Assembly (NCBI GenBank): GCA_963850305.1
Contig: CAWKKR010000011.1
Span: 192,001 to 256,000 of the forward strand
From: an uncultured delta proteobacterium
Lineage (GTDB): Bacteria > Myxococcota_A > Polyangia > Polyangiales > Polyangiaceae
Direction: 5' to 3'
DNA: 64,000 bases
Both the position numbers and the translations under genes were made by a program. Every line of letters starts with the position of its first letter. The first letter of the stretch is position 1. The notes below the pieces were generated by a model that was given only the letters and a program-made list of their open reading frames with translations, was not told the origin of the DNA and ran no database searches. Shown here one piece after another: positions 20,064 to 32,358 of this stretch.

Positions 20064-21845
20064 ATGCCGGGACCGAGACTGCTCGCCGGGCGTTACGCCT
20101 ACACGACCCGCATCCGCGGAACGGAGCGGACGATCATCTGGCTCGCTCACGACCGACTCACCGGCGGATCCGTCATCGCGAGCGTGCTGCCGGGACCGAG
20201 GGCCGCCGCGCTCGAAGCCGCAGTTGACGTCGAACACCCGCACGCGGCGACCGTCATCGCCGTCATCGACTCCGTGACGCCCGAGGAGATGCCGGACGTC
20301 GGGCCAATGGAGCCGGATGCGCGCGTCGTGGTCGCCGAGTGGTTCGACGGTGCGAGCTTGCAGCAGCGCCTGGACGCGAGTCCTGCGGCTCCGGAGCAGG
20401 CCGTGGAATGGATCGCCGATGTTCTGGACGCGCTCGCCGTGCTTCACGAGAGGGCGGCCGTGCACGGCGCGATCTCACCGCGTTCCATCGTCGTCGCCCG
20501 GGCGGACCGCGGCACGGTGCCCGTGCTCGCGCATCTCGTCGTGCCGCCGAGCGGCGTGTATTGCTCGCCCGAACGCGTCACCGGCGGCGGTCCTTCGGAG
20601 AGCGATGACGTCTGGGCCGTCGCCGCCACACTTTACACCGCGCTCTCGCGGCGACCGCCCTTTCGGGGCGCGACGCGCACCGAGCTCGCGCGCGCGATCG
20701 TCGCGGGAGCGCCAAAACCCATCGCGCACCTGGATTCCGAGCTGTGGGGCGTGCTCGAGCGGGCGCTCTCGTCCGACCGAAGGAGCCGCTTGCGCAGCGC
20801 CGCGGAGTTTCGAGACCTCCTGCGCAGCTGGCTCGACCGCTCCGGCGTGCCGAGCCTCGGTGACTTCGCGCCGGTGGAAGCGATCCCAGGCCAGAACGAA
20901 CCGCTGCCGAACGTCGGCGATTTGTCACTCGTGGCGGCCCTGGCGCGTCCAGACAGCGCGGAAGCGACGGCGCTCCTCAGCGTTCACCCAGCCTTCAGCC
21001 AGTCGTACCGCCCGCAACGGTCGGAGCCGCCGGTGGCCCCCTCGCCGGAATCTTCGCCCATCAGCGGGCCCTCCGCGCCGTCGTCACCGCCGCGGCCAGT
21101 CGTTACGGACCAAGCTGGTCCGCGTTCTTCGAAACGCCCGCCGCAACGACGGCGGTCGCGTGTGACCTCCGGTGCCTTGCTCGGCTTCGCGGCAGCCGCC
21201 GCGGCGGTCGCCGGACTCCTCATCGGACGATGGCACGCGAGCTCCGGACGCGGTGCTGAACCGTCGCGACCAGCGCCTGCCGCAGCGGCGAGCCTGACAC
21301 CGCCGACGGACGCCCAGGGTGTTCTTCCCCCGGGAGGGACTTCGAGCACGACCGTGCCTGGCGCCGTTCCCAGCGTGGCGGGGAGCACCGGCAAGGAACT
21401 CAACGCCTGCGTCGACGAAACCTTCGAGATGTTCAGACCAACCGCCAACCTCGGTTTTCTGTGCAAGGAGACGGACCTGTGGGGGTCGACACGCCGAATG
21501 GATCTCGAGGTCGGAAAACACGCTGAGGGAGAAGGCCTGGTCACCTGGGCGCACCTGGGTCGGTTCGATCTGGCCGCGACGGCCATTCTTCGCGAGCGTT
21601 GTTGCCCCGACGCGCCGGACTTCACCGCGGCCACGCCGAAGGGCGTCTGCGAGACCCTATCCCCTTCCTTGCACGAGCTCGCCAGGCACCCGTCGGCAGA
21701 AACGACGGACGCCTACGCCGCAAGTGTCGATTGCCTGCTCGGGCGCAAGGTCCGTTACCCGGCGGAATGGTGGGACCGCGTCGGCGCAAAGGCGTCAAGG
21801 ACGTACTTCGATACGTTCCTTTCGCGCGCCGTCCGCGCGAAGTGA
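20064..21845 (+). CDS. Ser/Thr kinase-like pseudokinase with TM and Cys-containing extracytoplasmic domain
   Basis: Kinase-fold remnants (LAGRY, VVAEWFDG, YCSPER, DVWAVAATLY...PPF), but HRDLKP is replaced by HGAISP and there is no Gly loop, VAIK or DFG. Confidence 0.85.
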   Translation: MPGPRLLAGRYAYTTRIRGTERTIIWLAHDRLTGGSVIASVLPGPRAAALEAAVDVEHPHAATVIAVIDSVTPEEMPDVGPMEPDARVVVAEWFDGASLQQRLDASPAAPEQAVEWIADVLDALAVLHERAAVHGAISPRSIVVARADRGTVPVLAHLVVPPSGVYCSPERVTGGGPSESDDVWAVAATLYTALSRRPPFRGATRTELARAIVAGAPKPIAHLDSELWGVLERALSSDRRSRLRSAAEFRDLLRSWLDRSGVPSLGDFAPVEAIPGQNEPLPNVGDLSLVAALARPDSAEATALLSVHPAFSQSYRPQRSEPPVAPSPESSPISGPSAPSSPPRPVVTDQAGPRSSKRPPQRRRSRVTSGALLGFAAAAAAVAGLLIGRWHASSGRGAEPSRPAPAAAASLTPPTDAQGVLPPGGTSSTTVPGAVPSVAGSTGKELNACVDETFEMFRPTANLGFLCKETDLWGSTRRMDLEVGKHAEGEGLVTWAHLGRFDLAATAILRERCCPDAPDFTAATPKGVCETLSPSLHELARHPSAETTDAYAASVDCLLGRKVRYPAEWWDRVGAKASRTYFDTFLSRAVRAK

Positions 21846-21858
21846 CGGCGGCAGCCCG

Positions 21859-22368
21859 TCAGTGCTTGCGCTGCGGTCCGGAGCCGTGGTCGGCGACTCT
21901 CGCCGTGACGGAGACGCGGTCACCGCTGACGTCGAGCGAGAGCGCCGATTCCATCGCGATCCGGGCGAGGCCAAGCATCGTCGTTCCCTCGGGCAGGCGC
22001 TGGAGTCTGTTGAGCGCCCGGGCGAACGCTTCGCGCGCGGAGTCCGTGTGCGTCCGTTGAAATTCGCGCTCCAGGATCGCGACGCGCGAAGGATGCGCCC
22101 TGTTCGTGACGCGAATCTCCATGAAAACGGGGGCATCGCTCGTGTGGATCTCGAATTCGATCTCCGTCGTCGGGTCTCCGTACTTGACGGCATTCTCGAG
22201 CAATTCCTGAACGATCATTCCGGCCCGGTCGGCGGCGCCATTCCTCATCTTCCCGCGCACCCAAACGTCGACGTACTGGCGCAGTGGATCGATGTGAGCC
22301 CACACTGGAGGAAACCGGACGAAGAGCATCAGGGCTTCAGCCCTTCGCTCCGGAGTTGGCGCCATCAT
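21859..22368 (-). CDS. HATPase-fold anti-sigma/switch-kinase-like protein 2
   Basis: IVQELLENAVKYG N-box, MLGLARI (altered G2 box). ATGA-coupled to the upstream STAS-like gene. Confidence 0.8.
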   Translation of the reverse strand: MMAPTPERRAEALMLFVRFPPVWAHIDPLRQYVDVWVRGKMRNGAADRAGMIVQELLENAVKYGDPTTEIEFEIHTSDAPVFMEIRVTNRAHPSRVAILEREFQRTHTDSAREAFARALNRLQRLPEGTTMLGLARIAMESALSLDVSGDRVSVTARVADHGSGPQRKH

Positions 22369-22746
22369 GCTCCCGTGCGCACGACGACGTGCTCCCCGCC
22401 GAGACTTTGAATCGCCGAGAGCGTGGTCGACTGCCACGTGATCTCCGGCTTCGTCAAAAAGTGAAGGACGTAGCGCTTATTCTCGGGCTCGGTTCGGATC
22501 CACTCCACCCAGTCGACCAGCGCGCGAATCGACGAGGAGTTCATGAACCGGAGCTTCGTCGAAATCGACGGTCAGCGCCTTGAGACCGGTCCCGATGACC
22601 GCGAGATGAATTTGCTTCAGGAACGGAGTCACCGTCTCCGAAGGACTGCGCATGGAGATGACGCCCACGAACCGCACCACGTTGTCGAAGACCGTGACTT
22701 CGACGCCATCCAGGACGAGGGGAGCTATCTGGGAGAGCTTGTTCAT
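22365..22746 (-). CDS. STAS/SiaC-like anti-anti-sigma protein (frameshift near 22560)
   Basis: Removing one base gives ...LTVDFTKLRFMNSSSIRALVDWVEWIR...KPEITWQSTTLSAIQSL...RTGA*. FMNSSS corresponds to the phospho-acceptor loop. Confidence 0.8.
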
Positions 22747-23252
22747 GGCGTTCCTCGTGCCGTGATGGCGACCCGTCCCGGGGAGGTTTCGAGCGTGAGT
22801 TCGACCGCGCCCTCGTAGCGTACGCGCGCGAGGCCGAGACCGCTCTGGTCGGCGGGGAGCGAGCCCGCGACACGCAGGGCGCGTTCGTAGGCCGCGCCGG
22901 GAGCCAGGCTGGTGAGCTCGGCGAGAACATGCCGAAGCTTCTCCGCGCGCTCGCTGGAAGTCGTGTTGACGACGCAGACGACGAACGAATCGTCCTTTCT
23001 CTCGATCCGAAGCTCGAGTTCCTTGTCGTCACCGTAGCGAACGGCATTCTCGACGAGCTCGTGCACGATCACGGCGACGCGTTGCCCGAGTCGGTCGTCC
23101 TCGAAGCTTGCGCGCGCGAAGAACCCGCAGAACTCCCGTACCGTATCCAGGTAAAGCCAGATCGGCTTGAACCGAAGCTGCACCAATCGATGCAAAGCTT
23201 CACCCGACGTCCCGCTCGCAGTTCCCAGCATCGAACGACTTGCCCCTGACAT
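22743..23252 (-). CDS. HATPase-fold anti-sigma/switch-kinase-like protein 1
   Basis: IVHELVENAVRYG N-box and SGLGLARVRYE G2 box. Paralogue of 21859-22368. Confidence 0.82.
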   Translation of the reverse strand: MSGASRSMLGTASGTSGEALHRLVQLRFKPIWLYLDTVREFCGFFARASFEDDRLGQRVAVIVHELVENAVRYGDDKELELRIERKDDSFVVCVVNTTSSERAEKLRHVLAELTSLAPGAAYERALRVAGSLPADQSGLGLARVRYEGAVELTLETSPGRVAITARGTP

Positions 23253-23635
23253 GTTTACTCTAGCCCTTTTTTCTCCAAGGACCTCTCGCTTCCGCGCCTT
23301 CGGTCGCGCGCGCCCGGGTGCTCAGCTGCTCGCTCACATGGTGCGCGGCCGGCGCCCTCGAGAGCACGTCCAGCCTCGAAACGATCCTTCGAACTCCAAC
23401 GAGTTGCACGCGCGGCCCCGAAACACCGAAAGCAGTACCGCACAGGGAACTCGGTCGTCCGAGTGAGCAGTGGAACAGACACTCGTTCGGCACGGGGCGC
23501 GGCGAAGAGCGCAGGGCCGGCCGCAGGCGCAGGCGCGATTGACGGGATTGAGGATCGAGACCGAACGGCGAAAAAAAGAGCTCTCGAAAAAATGGCAAAG
23601 GGAGTACCCTTCGAATCTTTCCGAGAGACTGGGGG
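23253..23635. promoter_or_regulatory. Divergent intergenic control region between the partner-switch trio and hypF
   Basis: About 380-bp gap between divergent starts with A-tracts (GAAAAAAAG, GAAAAAATGG) unusual for this GC background. No specific site identified. Confidence 0.45.
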
Positions 23636-25933
23636 ATGAGAACGGCTCGATGCTCCATCGATGTACACGGCCTCGTTCAAGGGGTCGGCTTCAGACCCTT
23701 CGTGCACGGCCTGGCGCGACGGTTCGCGCTCGGCGGCTTCGTCCGCAACGCGGCGTCGGGCGTGCATATCGAGGTGGAAGGCGAACCGTCAGCCATCGCG
23801 CATTTTCTGGACGAACTGCGCGACTCGCCTCCTACGGCGGCGAACGTCGCGCGTGTCGAGAGCCACGCCGAAACCCCCCGCGGCGAGCTCGATTTCCGGA
23901 TCGTTGCGAGCACGCTCCGGCAGCCCGCAGCGGCGCACGTCGCCGCCGACCGCGCCACGTGCGCGGAGTGCCAGCGCGAGCTTTTCGACGCGGAAAACCG
24001 CCGATTCTTGCACCCGTTCATCACGTGCACCACGTGCGGCCCGCGGGCGACCATCATCGAGCAAATGCCCTATGACCGGCCGCGCACGACGATGGCCGGC
24101 TTCGCGATGTGCGACGGCTGCCGGCAAGAATACGAGTCCGTCGCGGACAGACGGTTCCACGCGCAACCCATCGCGTGCCCGCAGTGCGGACCCGAGCTCC
24201 GGATCGTCGGCGTTCGCGCGGAGCCGAACGCGCTTCCCGTCGCCGTCTTCGCGCGGGAGATCTCGGCGGGCCGGATCGGGGCGTTGAAGGGCATCGGCGG
24301 CTTTCATCTGGTCTGCGACGCGGCGAACGACGGCGCCGTCGCCGAACTCCGCCGGCGCAAGCGGCGTGAAGCGAAGCCATTCGCCGTAATGGTCCGCGAC
24401 CTCGACGCGGCCAGGCGCCTTGCCCACATCGGCATGTGCGCCGAACGTTTGCTCTCGTCCGCGGCGAGTCCCATCGTGCTCGTCGAGCGCCGTGAAGACG
24501 CCGTGCTCTCGCGTGAAGTCGCGCCGGGGGTCGACACGGTGGGGCTCTCGTTGCCTTACACGCCGGTGCACCTGCTCCTGTTCCGCGAGCTCGGCGAGCG
24601 CCCGCTCGTCGTCACCAGCGGCAACCGTTCCGACGAACCCATCGCGCACGATGACGCAGAAGCTACGGAGATGCTCGCTGACGTCGCGGACGTATTTCTG
24701 ACTCACGATCGCGACATCCACTGGCCCTGCGACGACTCGGTCGTCCGCGTCGTCGCAGAGAAAGCGCTGCCGATCCGTCGCGCGCGCGGCTACGCGCCGC
24801 TCCCCGTGGGGCTGAGGTTCGAAGTGGCCCAACCGACGCTCGCGCTCGGTGGCCACCAGAAAGCCGTGTTCGCGCTGGGCATCGGAGCCCTCGCATTCCT
24901 CGGCACACATCATGGAGACCTCGACGGAATGCGCGCCTTCACGAGCTGGGCCACGGGGGCGGCGCACCTCGAACGTCTGCTAGGCTCACAGGCCCGACGA
25001 CTCGTTCACGATTTGCATCCCGACTATGCGTCCACGCGTCATGCGCTCGAACGCGCGGCGCCCGGCATCGAGCTCGTCGGGGTGCAGCATCATCACGCCC
25101 ATCTCGCGAGCTGCATGGTGGACAACGAGCTCGATGGCGACGTCATCGGCGTCTGCTTCGACGGCACCGGTCTCGGCACGGACGGCAAGCTCTGGGGCGG
25201 CGAATTCCTCGTCGGCGGTTACCGCGGGTTCGTTCGCGCCGGCCATCTATCCGAGGTCAGGCTCCCCGGAGGCGACCGAGCGGCGCGCGAACCGTTTCGC
25301 GTCGCGCTCTCGCACCTCCGCAATGCAGGACTCGGCGCGGGGGACGTCGGGCTCGATCGCCGGATCGAACGGGGTCTCCTCGCCTCTGTCGATCGTCTGC
25401 TCTCGTCGTCCGCGTGCCCCCCAACCACCAGCATGGGTCGCCTGTTCGACGCGATCGCGTCCATTGCAGGTGTCGTCGATCGCGCGCATCACGACGCCGA
25501 AGCCGGGATGCGACTCGAAGCGCTCGCGGCCCGCTCCGCCGATCGCAAGACGTACTCGGCGAACGTCGACGACCGCGACGCGCTGATCGTTCGGACGGCG
25601 GACATCGTGCATTCGGCGGCGAAGGACGTCGGAGACGGCGCATCGGCGGAAACCATTGCGCGACGTTTCCACACGGCCGTCGTCGACCTGGTCGAGGACG
25701 TATGCACTCGACTCCGTGCGCGGTTCGAGCTCGACCGCGTCGTTCTCTCCGGCGGCGTGTTCGCGAACGCCGTCCTGGTCCGGGAGATCCCCGAGCGGCT
25801 CGGAGCGCGCGGATTTGCGGTGTTCACGCACCATCGAGTGCCGCCGAACGACGGCGGCCTCTGTCTCGGTCAACTCGCGATCGCGGCGCACACGCCGACG
25901 CGAACAACGGCGTCGATCGCGAGGCTCAACTAA
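23636..25933 (+). CDS. hypF: Carbamoyltransferase HypF
   Basis: VQGVGFRPFV, two CxxC-x18-CxxC zinc fingers, KGIGGFHLVCDA, DLHPDY, QHHHAH, PPNDGGLCLGQ. Confidence 0.98.
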   Translation: MRTARCSIDVHGLVQGVGFRPFVHGLARRFALGGFVRNAASGVHIEVEGEPSAIAHFLDELRDSPPTAANVARVESHAETPRGELDFRIVASTLRQPAAAHVAADRATCAECQRELFDAENRRFLHPFITCTTCGPRATIIEQMPYDRPRTTMAGFAMCDGCRQEYESVADRRFHAQPIACPQCGPELRIVGVRAEPNALPVAVFAREISAGRIGALKGIGGFHLVCDAANDGAVAELRRRKRREAKPFAVMVRDLDAARRLAHIGMCAERLLSSAASPIVLVERREDAVLSREVAPGVDTVGLSLPYTPVHLLLFRELGERPLVVTSGNRSDEPIAHDDAEATEMLADVADVFLTHDRDIHWPCDDSVVRVVAEKALPIRRARGYAPLPVGLRFEVAQPTLALGGHQKAVFALGIGALAFLGTHHGDLDGMRAFTSWATGAAHLERLLGSQARRLVHDLHPDYASTRHALERAAPGIELVGVQHHHAHLASCMVDNELDGDVIGVCFDGTGLGTDGKLWGGEFLVGGYRGFVRAGHLSEVRLPGGDRAAREPFRVALSHLRNAGLGAGDVGLDRRIERGLLASVDRLLSSSACPPTTSMGRLFDAIASIAGVVDRAHHDAEAGMRLEALAARSADRKTYSANVDDRDALIVRTADIVHSAAKDVGDGASAETIARRFHTAVVDLVEDVCTRLRARFELDRVVLSGGVFANAVLVREIPERLGARGFAVFTHHRVPPNDGGLCLGQLAIAAHTPTRTTASIARLN

Positions 25934-26178
25934 TGTGCTTGGCAGTCCCGGGGCGAGTGACGGAAATATTCGCGGACGGGGACGTTCACATGGGCAAAGT
26001 CGATTTCGAAGGCGTGTCTCGGAGAATATGCCTCGAATACGTGCCGGAAGCGTCGCCCGGCGACTACGTGCTCGTGCACGTCGGCTTCGCGCTGTCGATC
26101 ATCGACGAGGAGGAGGCAATGCGCGTCTTCGACCTCATCCGTGAACTCGAGCCGGATGCCCTGGAGGCTCCCGAATGA
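25933..26178 (+). CDS. hypC: Hydrogenase assembly chaperone HypC
   Basis: MCLAVPG...[16 protein letters not shown] overlap with hypF. Confidence 0.98.
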   Translation: MCLAVPGRVTEIFADGDVHMGKVDFEGVSRRICLEYVPEASPGDYVLVHVGFALSIIDEEEAMRVFDLIRELEPDALEAPE

Positions 26179-27305
26179 AGTACCTGGACGAATACCGAGA
26201 CGCGGAAGCGGCCCGCGGCCTCTTGCGAGCGATCGAACGTGAAGCGACGCGCCCATGGGTGATCATGGAAGTGTGCGGGGGGCAGACGCACAGCATCGTG
26301 CGGCATGGCCTTGACGAGCTCTTGCCGGGACGAATCGAGCTCGTTCACGGGCCAGGGTGCCCCGTGTGCGTGACGTCACTCGATCGCATCGATCGCGCGC
26401 ACGCGATCGCCGCGCGCCCGAACGTCATCTTCTGCTCGTTCGGTGACATGCTGCGCGTACCGGGTTCGGATGGCGACCTGTTCCGGCTCAAGTCCAGGGG
26501 CGCGGACATTCGTGTGGTCTATTCACCGCTCGATGCCCTCAAGATTGCGGCCGAGAACCCGACGCGTGAGGTCGTCTTCTTCGCGATCGGGTTCGAAACG
26601 ACCGCGCCCGCGAACGCCATGGCCGTCTCACTCGCGCGCCGCCGCGGCATCCGCAACTTCAGCATGCTCGTCTCGCATGTCCTGGTGCCTCCCGCGATCT
26701 CCGCCATCCTGACGGCCGAGGACAATCGGGTTCAGGGCTTCCTGGGTCCTGGACACGTCTGCGTCGTCATGGGGACGTCGGAGTACGAGCCGCTGGCGGC
26801 GCGCTTCTCCGTGCCCATCGTCGTTACGGGTTTCGAGCCGGTGGACATGCTCGCAGGGATCCTGCGCGTCGTTCGCGCGCTCGAACACGGCGAGGCCGTG
26901 GTCGAGAATCAGTACGCGCGCTCGGTGCGCGAGCAGGGGAATCCCAGGGCACGCGAGATCCTCGGGGAGGTATTCGACGTGTGCGACCAGAACTGGCGCG
27001 GCGTCGGCACCATCGCCGCGAGCGGCTACCGGCTGCGGCGCGAATACGCCGCGTTCGACGCGGAGCGACGCTTCGACGTCGACCACGTCGCACCCAAGGA
27101 GCCCGAGGAGTGTATCAGCGGGGAGATCCTCCGCGGCGTGAAGAAGCCGCTCGATTGTCCCGCGTTCGGCATCCGTTGCACGCCGGACCGCCCGCTCGGC
27201 GCGACGATGGTGTCGTCCGAAGGCGCGTGCGCCGCCTACCACGCTTACGGGCGCACGACGGCGAAGCGACGGCTACCGCTCGCGGAGGGGGCACGGCTCG
27301 AATGA
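26175..27305 (+). CDS. hypD: Hydrogenase maturation protein HypD
   Basis: [39 protein letters not shown]. Confidence 0.98.
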   Translation: MKYLDEYRDAEAARGLLRAIEREATRPWVIMEVCGGQTHSIVRHGLDELLPGRIELVHGPGCPVCVTSLDRIDRAHAIAARPNVIFCSFGDMLRVPGSDGDLFRLKSRGADIRVVYSPLDALKIAAENPTREVVFFAIGFETTAPANAMAVSLARRRGIRNFSMLVSHVLVPPAISAILTAEDNRVQGFLGPGHVCVVMGTSEYEPLAARFSVPIVVTGFEPVDMLAGILRVVRALEHGEAVVENQYARSVREQGNPRAREILGEVFDVCDQNWRGVGTIAASGYRLRREYAAFDAERRFDVDHVAPKEPEECISGEILRGVKKPLDCPAFGIRCTPDRPLGATMVSSEGACAAYHAYGRTTAKRRLPLAEGARLE

Positions 27306-28390
27306 CGGAGAGCGTCCCGTTCACGTCCCCGAGCGAGTTCGGTGCGGCCCTGACGTCCTTGTCCTGTGCCACGCCGCCCGCCTACGAAGGGATCGTCCTC
27401 GGTCACGGGAGCGGCGGACGGCTGAGCCATCAGCTCCTGACGCGGGTCATCTTGCCCGCGCTCGGGAAGGACGAACGCTTCGCGACGGAGGACCAGGCCG
27501 TGGTGCCGATGCCCGCGTCGGGGCGGCTCGCGATGACGACCGACGCATTCGTCGTGCGCCCGCTCTTCTTTCCGGGCGGCAACATCGGGAGCCTCGCGGT
27601 GCACGGCACGGTGAACGACCTCGCCGTCGGCGGTGCGCGCCCGCTGTACATGACCGCGTCCTTCATTCTGGAAGAAGGGCTCGAGCTCGAGCTCCTGCGG
27701 AGAATTTTGCACTCGATGCGGCGCGCGTGCGAGGCAGCGCCCATCGCGCTGATCACCGGGGACACCAAGGTCGTCGATCGCGGAAAGGGCGACGGGATTT
27801 TCGTGACGACGACGGGTGTCGGGGTCGTCCCGGACGGAATATCGCTCTCGGCGACGGCAGCGCGACCCGGTGATTCCGTGCTCGTGTCCGGCACGCTCGG
27901 CGACCACGGGATCGCCATTCTGGCCGCGCGGGACGGCATCGAACTCGAGACGACTCTGGAGAGTGACAGTGCGCCCCTCGCCGACCTCGTCCAGGCGATC
28001 CTCGCGACAGGAGCGGCGGTTCGCTGCATGCGCGACCCCACGCGGGGTGGCCTGTCGAGCGCACTGAACGAGATTGCCGCAGCGTCGAACGTCGGCATCA
28101 CACTCGACGAAGGCCGGATCCCTCTTCGGTCCGAGGTCTGCGGTGCGTGCGAGCTTCTCGGACTCGATCCTCTCTACGTCGCGAACGAGGGCAAGCTCGT
28201 CGCCATCGTCGCTCCGGAGTCCGCGCACGCCGTTCTCGACGCGATGCGCCGCCACCCGCACGGCCGCGACGCGGCGATCATCGGACGCGTCGTCGCGGAT
28301 CACCCGCAGATGGTCACCATGAAATCACGACTCGGGGGCGAGCGCATCGTCGCGATGCTCGCCGGCGAGCAACTTCCGCGCATCTGCTGA
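27302..28390 (+). CDS. hypE: Carbamoyl dehydratase HypE
   Basis: [39 protein letters not shown]-terminal PRIC. Confidence 0.98.
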   Translation: MTESVPFTSPSEFGAALTSLSCATPPAYEGIVLGHGSGGRLSHQLLTRVILPALGKDERFATEDQAVVPMPASGRLAMTTDAFVVRPLFFPGGNIGSLAVHGTVNDLAVGGARPLYMTASFILEEGLELELLRRILHSMRRACEAAPIALITGDTKVVDRGKGDGIFVTTTGVGVVPDGISLSATAARPGDSVLVSGTLGDHGIAILAARDGIELETTLESDSAPLADLVQAILATGAAVRCMRDPTRGGLSSALNEIAAASNVGITLDEGRIPLRSEVCGACELLGLDPLYVANEGKLVAIVAPESAHAVLDAMRRHPHGRDAAIIGRVVADHPQMVTMKSRLGGERIVAMLAGEQLPRIC

Positions 28391-28401
28391 AAGGCGAGCA
28401 C

Positions 28402-29453
<1,052 letters not shown>

Positions 29454-29457
<4 letters not shown>

Positions 29458-31226
29458 CCGCTGAATCCGGATCGCTCGTCGACATGTCGTGGGATCCGAT
29501 CACGCGGATCGTCGGCAGCCTCGGGATCCACACGAAGATCGATTTCGGACAACGACGGGTGGCGGACTGCTGGAGCACGTCGTCGATCTTTCGAGGGTAC
29601 AGCGTGTTCATGCAGGGCAAGGACCCGCGCGACTCGCACTTCATCACGAGCCGCATCTGCGGCATCTGCGGCGACAATCACGCAACATGCTCGGTTTACG
29701 CGCAGAACATGGCGTACGGCGTGAAGCCGCCGCACCTCGCGGAGTGGCTCGTGAACCTCGGGGAAGCCGCCGAGTACATGTTCGACCACAACCTGTTTCA
29801 GGACAACCTCGTCGGAGTCGACTTCTCGGAGAAAGTGGTCCGCGCGACGAACCCCGGCGTCTTCGAGCTAGCCGAAAAGACGGAGGCGCCGCACGCGGCC
29901 GATCACGGACACCGGACGATTGCCGGCATCATGCGCGCGCTGAATCCCTTCTCCGGAGAGCTGTATCGCGAAGCGCTCCATATGAGCCGCCTGACGCGCG
30001 AAATGTTCTGCTTGATGGAGGGACGCCATGTGCACCCCTCTACTCTCTACCCCGGCGGAATCGGCACCGTCCCGACCGTGCAGCTTCTGACGGATTACCT
30101 GACGCGCCTCATGAAGTACGTGGAGTACCTGAAGCGCATCGTGCCGCTGCACGACGATCTCTTCGACTTCTTCTATGAAGCGTTACCGGGGTACGAGCAG
30201 GTCGGCAATCGGCGCATCTTGCTGGGGTGCTGGGGCTCGTTTCAGAACCCCGAGACTTGCGACTTTCAGTACAAGACGATGTCGAGCTGGGGGAACGACA
30301 TGTTCGTCACGCCCGGCATCGTCGTGGACGGCAAGCTCGTGACGACGGACCTCGTAGAGATCAACCTCGGAATCCGTATCTTGCTGGGCAGCTCCTTCTA
30401 CGAGGACTGGGAGGGCACGGGCGAGCTCTTCGTGAAAGAGGATCCGCTCGGCAACCCCATCGACGCGCGCCACCCGTGGAACCAAACGACCGTCCCTCGA
30501 CCCCAGAAGCGGGATCTCGGTGGCAAGTACACCTGGGTCATGTCTCCGCGGTGGCTCGATCGCAGAACCGGCGATCATCTCGCGCTCGATACCGGCGGCG
30601 GGCCGCTCGCGCGGCTCTGGGCCACGGCGCTCGCCGGCAAGGTCGACATCGGGTACGTGAAAGCGACTGGACAAAGCGTGCAGATCCGGCTGCCGAAGAC
30701 GCAATCCCGTCCAGAAATGGAGCTCGACTGGCGCATCCCGGAGTTCAGCAACACCCTCGAGCGTAACCGCGCGCGCTCCTACTTTCAGGCCTATGCGGCG
30801 GCAGCGGCCTTCTTCTTTCTCGAGCGCGCGTTCGCGGAGATACACGCCGGTCGCACACGGACGTTCACGCCGTTCGAAGTTCCGGACGAGGCGATCGGTT
30901 GCGGCTTTCACGAAGCGGTGCGCGGCGTCCTGTCGCATCACATGGTCATCCGCGACAAGAAGATCGCAAACTACCACCCTTACCCGCCGACCCCCTGGAA
31001 CGCGAGCCCGCGCGATTCGTTCGGCACCCGCGGTCCTTACGAGGACGCGGTCACGGGGATGCCGCTCTTCGAGGAAAACGGCAAGGACGACTTCAAGGGC
31101 ATCGACATCATGCGCACGGTCCGGAGCTTCGATCCGTGTCTTCCCTGCGGCGTTCACATGTATCTGGGCGAGGGCAAGGAGCTCCTGGTCCGTCACTCGC
31201 CGACGTTCGGGGTGACGGTGAAATGA
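29454..31226 (+). CDS. hhyL: Group 1h [NiFe]-hydrogenase large subunit
   Basis: WDPITRIVGSLG; L1 TSRICGICGDNH and L2 RSFDPCLPCGVH are the group 1h/5 signatures; C-terminal extension present. Confidence 0.97.
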
Positions 31227-31765
31227 CGTCGTCGAACGAGTTTTCCGGGCGCATGCAGCGACTCGAAGAGCTGCTGACCGAAGTGGAGCTCGCCGCGGAC
31301 GAACGTTCCCTTACGCCGGTGCGCGCTCTCGTGAGGACGCTGATGGACGTGCACTGCGGAGCCCTCGAGCAGATCCTCGGGACTCTCGGCGACGCACGGA
31401 CGGCGGACGGACGCGACCTGAAGTCGGTCCTGCTCGAAGACCCGGCGGTGTCGAGCCTGCTCCTCATGCACGACCTCCACCCGTCGAGCCTGACGGACCG
31501 TGCGCGGCGCGCCCTCGACGAAGCCCACTCCCTCGCCGGAGCTCACGCAACGGCCGAGCTGGTGCGCATTGACGGCGAACGCGTGTTCGTCCGCATTCGC
31601 GAGGAGAAGCGGGGCGCCGCGGCCCTGCTCCGCAAAGCCGTCGAGCGAACGCTCGGCGAGCGGACCCCGGACGCCCTGTTCGAGATCGAGGGCGGAGACG
31701 CGACGGACGGCGGCTTCGTGCCGGTTTCGCGCCTTCACTCGCGGTCGCGAGGTGCCGCGCCGTGA
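31223..31765 (+). CDS. NifU-like accessory protein of group 1h loci (CxxC missing)
   Basis: R...LEELL...LV..LM..H..AL..I and LLEDPAVSSLLLMHDLHP match the gene normally following hhyL. Confidence 0.75.
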   Translation: MTSSNEFSGRMQRLEELLTEVELAADERSLTPVRALVRTLMDVHCGALEQILGTLGDARTADGRDLKSVLLEDPAVSSLLLMHDLHPSSLTDRARRALDEAHSLAGAHATAELVRIDGERVFVRIREEKRGAAALLRKAVERTLGERTPDALFEIEGGDATDGGFVPVSRLHSRSRGAAP

Positions 31766-32358
31766 CCGCGACGCGCTTCTACTCCGCGCTCGGCGCTCTG
31801 CGTCGATTCACGGCCCCGCCTCGAACCGACGAACGGTGTGACCTGTGCGGCGCTCGCGTCGCGGAAGAACACGAGCATCTTCTCGATCCCTCGAGTCGGG
31901 GATTGTCGTGTGCATGCGTCGCCTGTGCCACGTTGTTCTCCGGCGACGGCGCGACTCATCGCCGCCGTGTCGTGTCGCGTGCGGTGCCGCTCGACGACGT
32001 GCGCCTCGACGAGGGAGACTTTCGCGACCTGGGCGTTCCCGTCCGCTTCGCGTTCCTTTACCCGAGCCAGATCCACGATTGCGTCTTCGCGACGTACCCG
32101 AACACCGCGGGCGCGACCGAGTCCGTGCTCGCGAGCGAGACCTGGGCCGCGCTCGTCCGCGCCCATCCGTCGCTCGCCGTCATCGAGGCGGACCTCGAAG
32201 GGCTCCTCGTGTGTCCGTCCGGGGGCGCCGTGAAGGCCTATCGCGCGTCGATCGACGTATGCCATCGCATGATCGGTGCGGCTCGGGGGCGTCGTCCGGG
32301 TGACGTCGAATGGGTCGAGCGAGAGTTCGCGAAGCTCTCCGAGGGCCGCCATGGTTGA
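31762..32358 (+). CDS. Conserved group 1h hydrogenase-associated protein (DUF5947-like)
   Basis: ERCDLC...HEHL...CACVACATLF, PVRFAF, YPNTAGATES. Confidence 0.85.
   Translation: MTATRFYSALGALRRFTAPPRTDERCDLCGARVAEEHEHLLDPSSRGLSCACVACATLFSGDGATHRRRVVSRAVPLDDVRLDEGDFRDLGVPVRFAFLYPSQIHDCVFATYPNTAGATESVLASETWAALVRAHPSLAVIEADLEGLLVCPSGGAVKAYRASIDVCHRMIGAARGRRPGDVEWVEREFAKLSEGRHG

Noticed and set aside
23585..23615. Sigma-54 promoter upstream of hypF (TGGCA...)
   Set aside because: No GC at the required -12 spacing. The same applies to TGGCAC at ~19622 (9-nt spacing).
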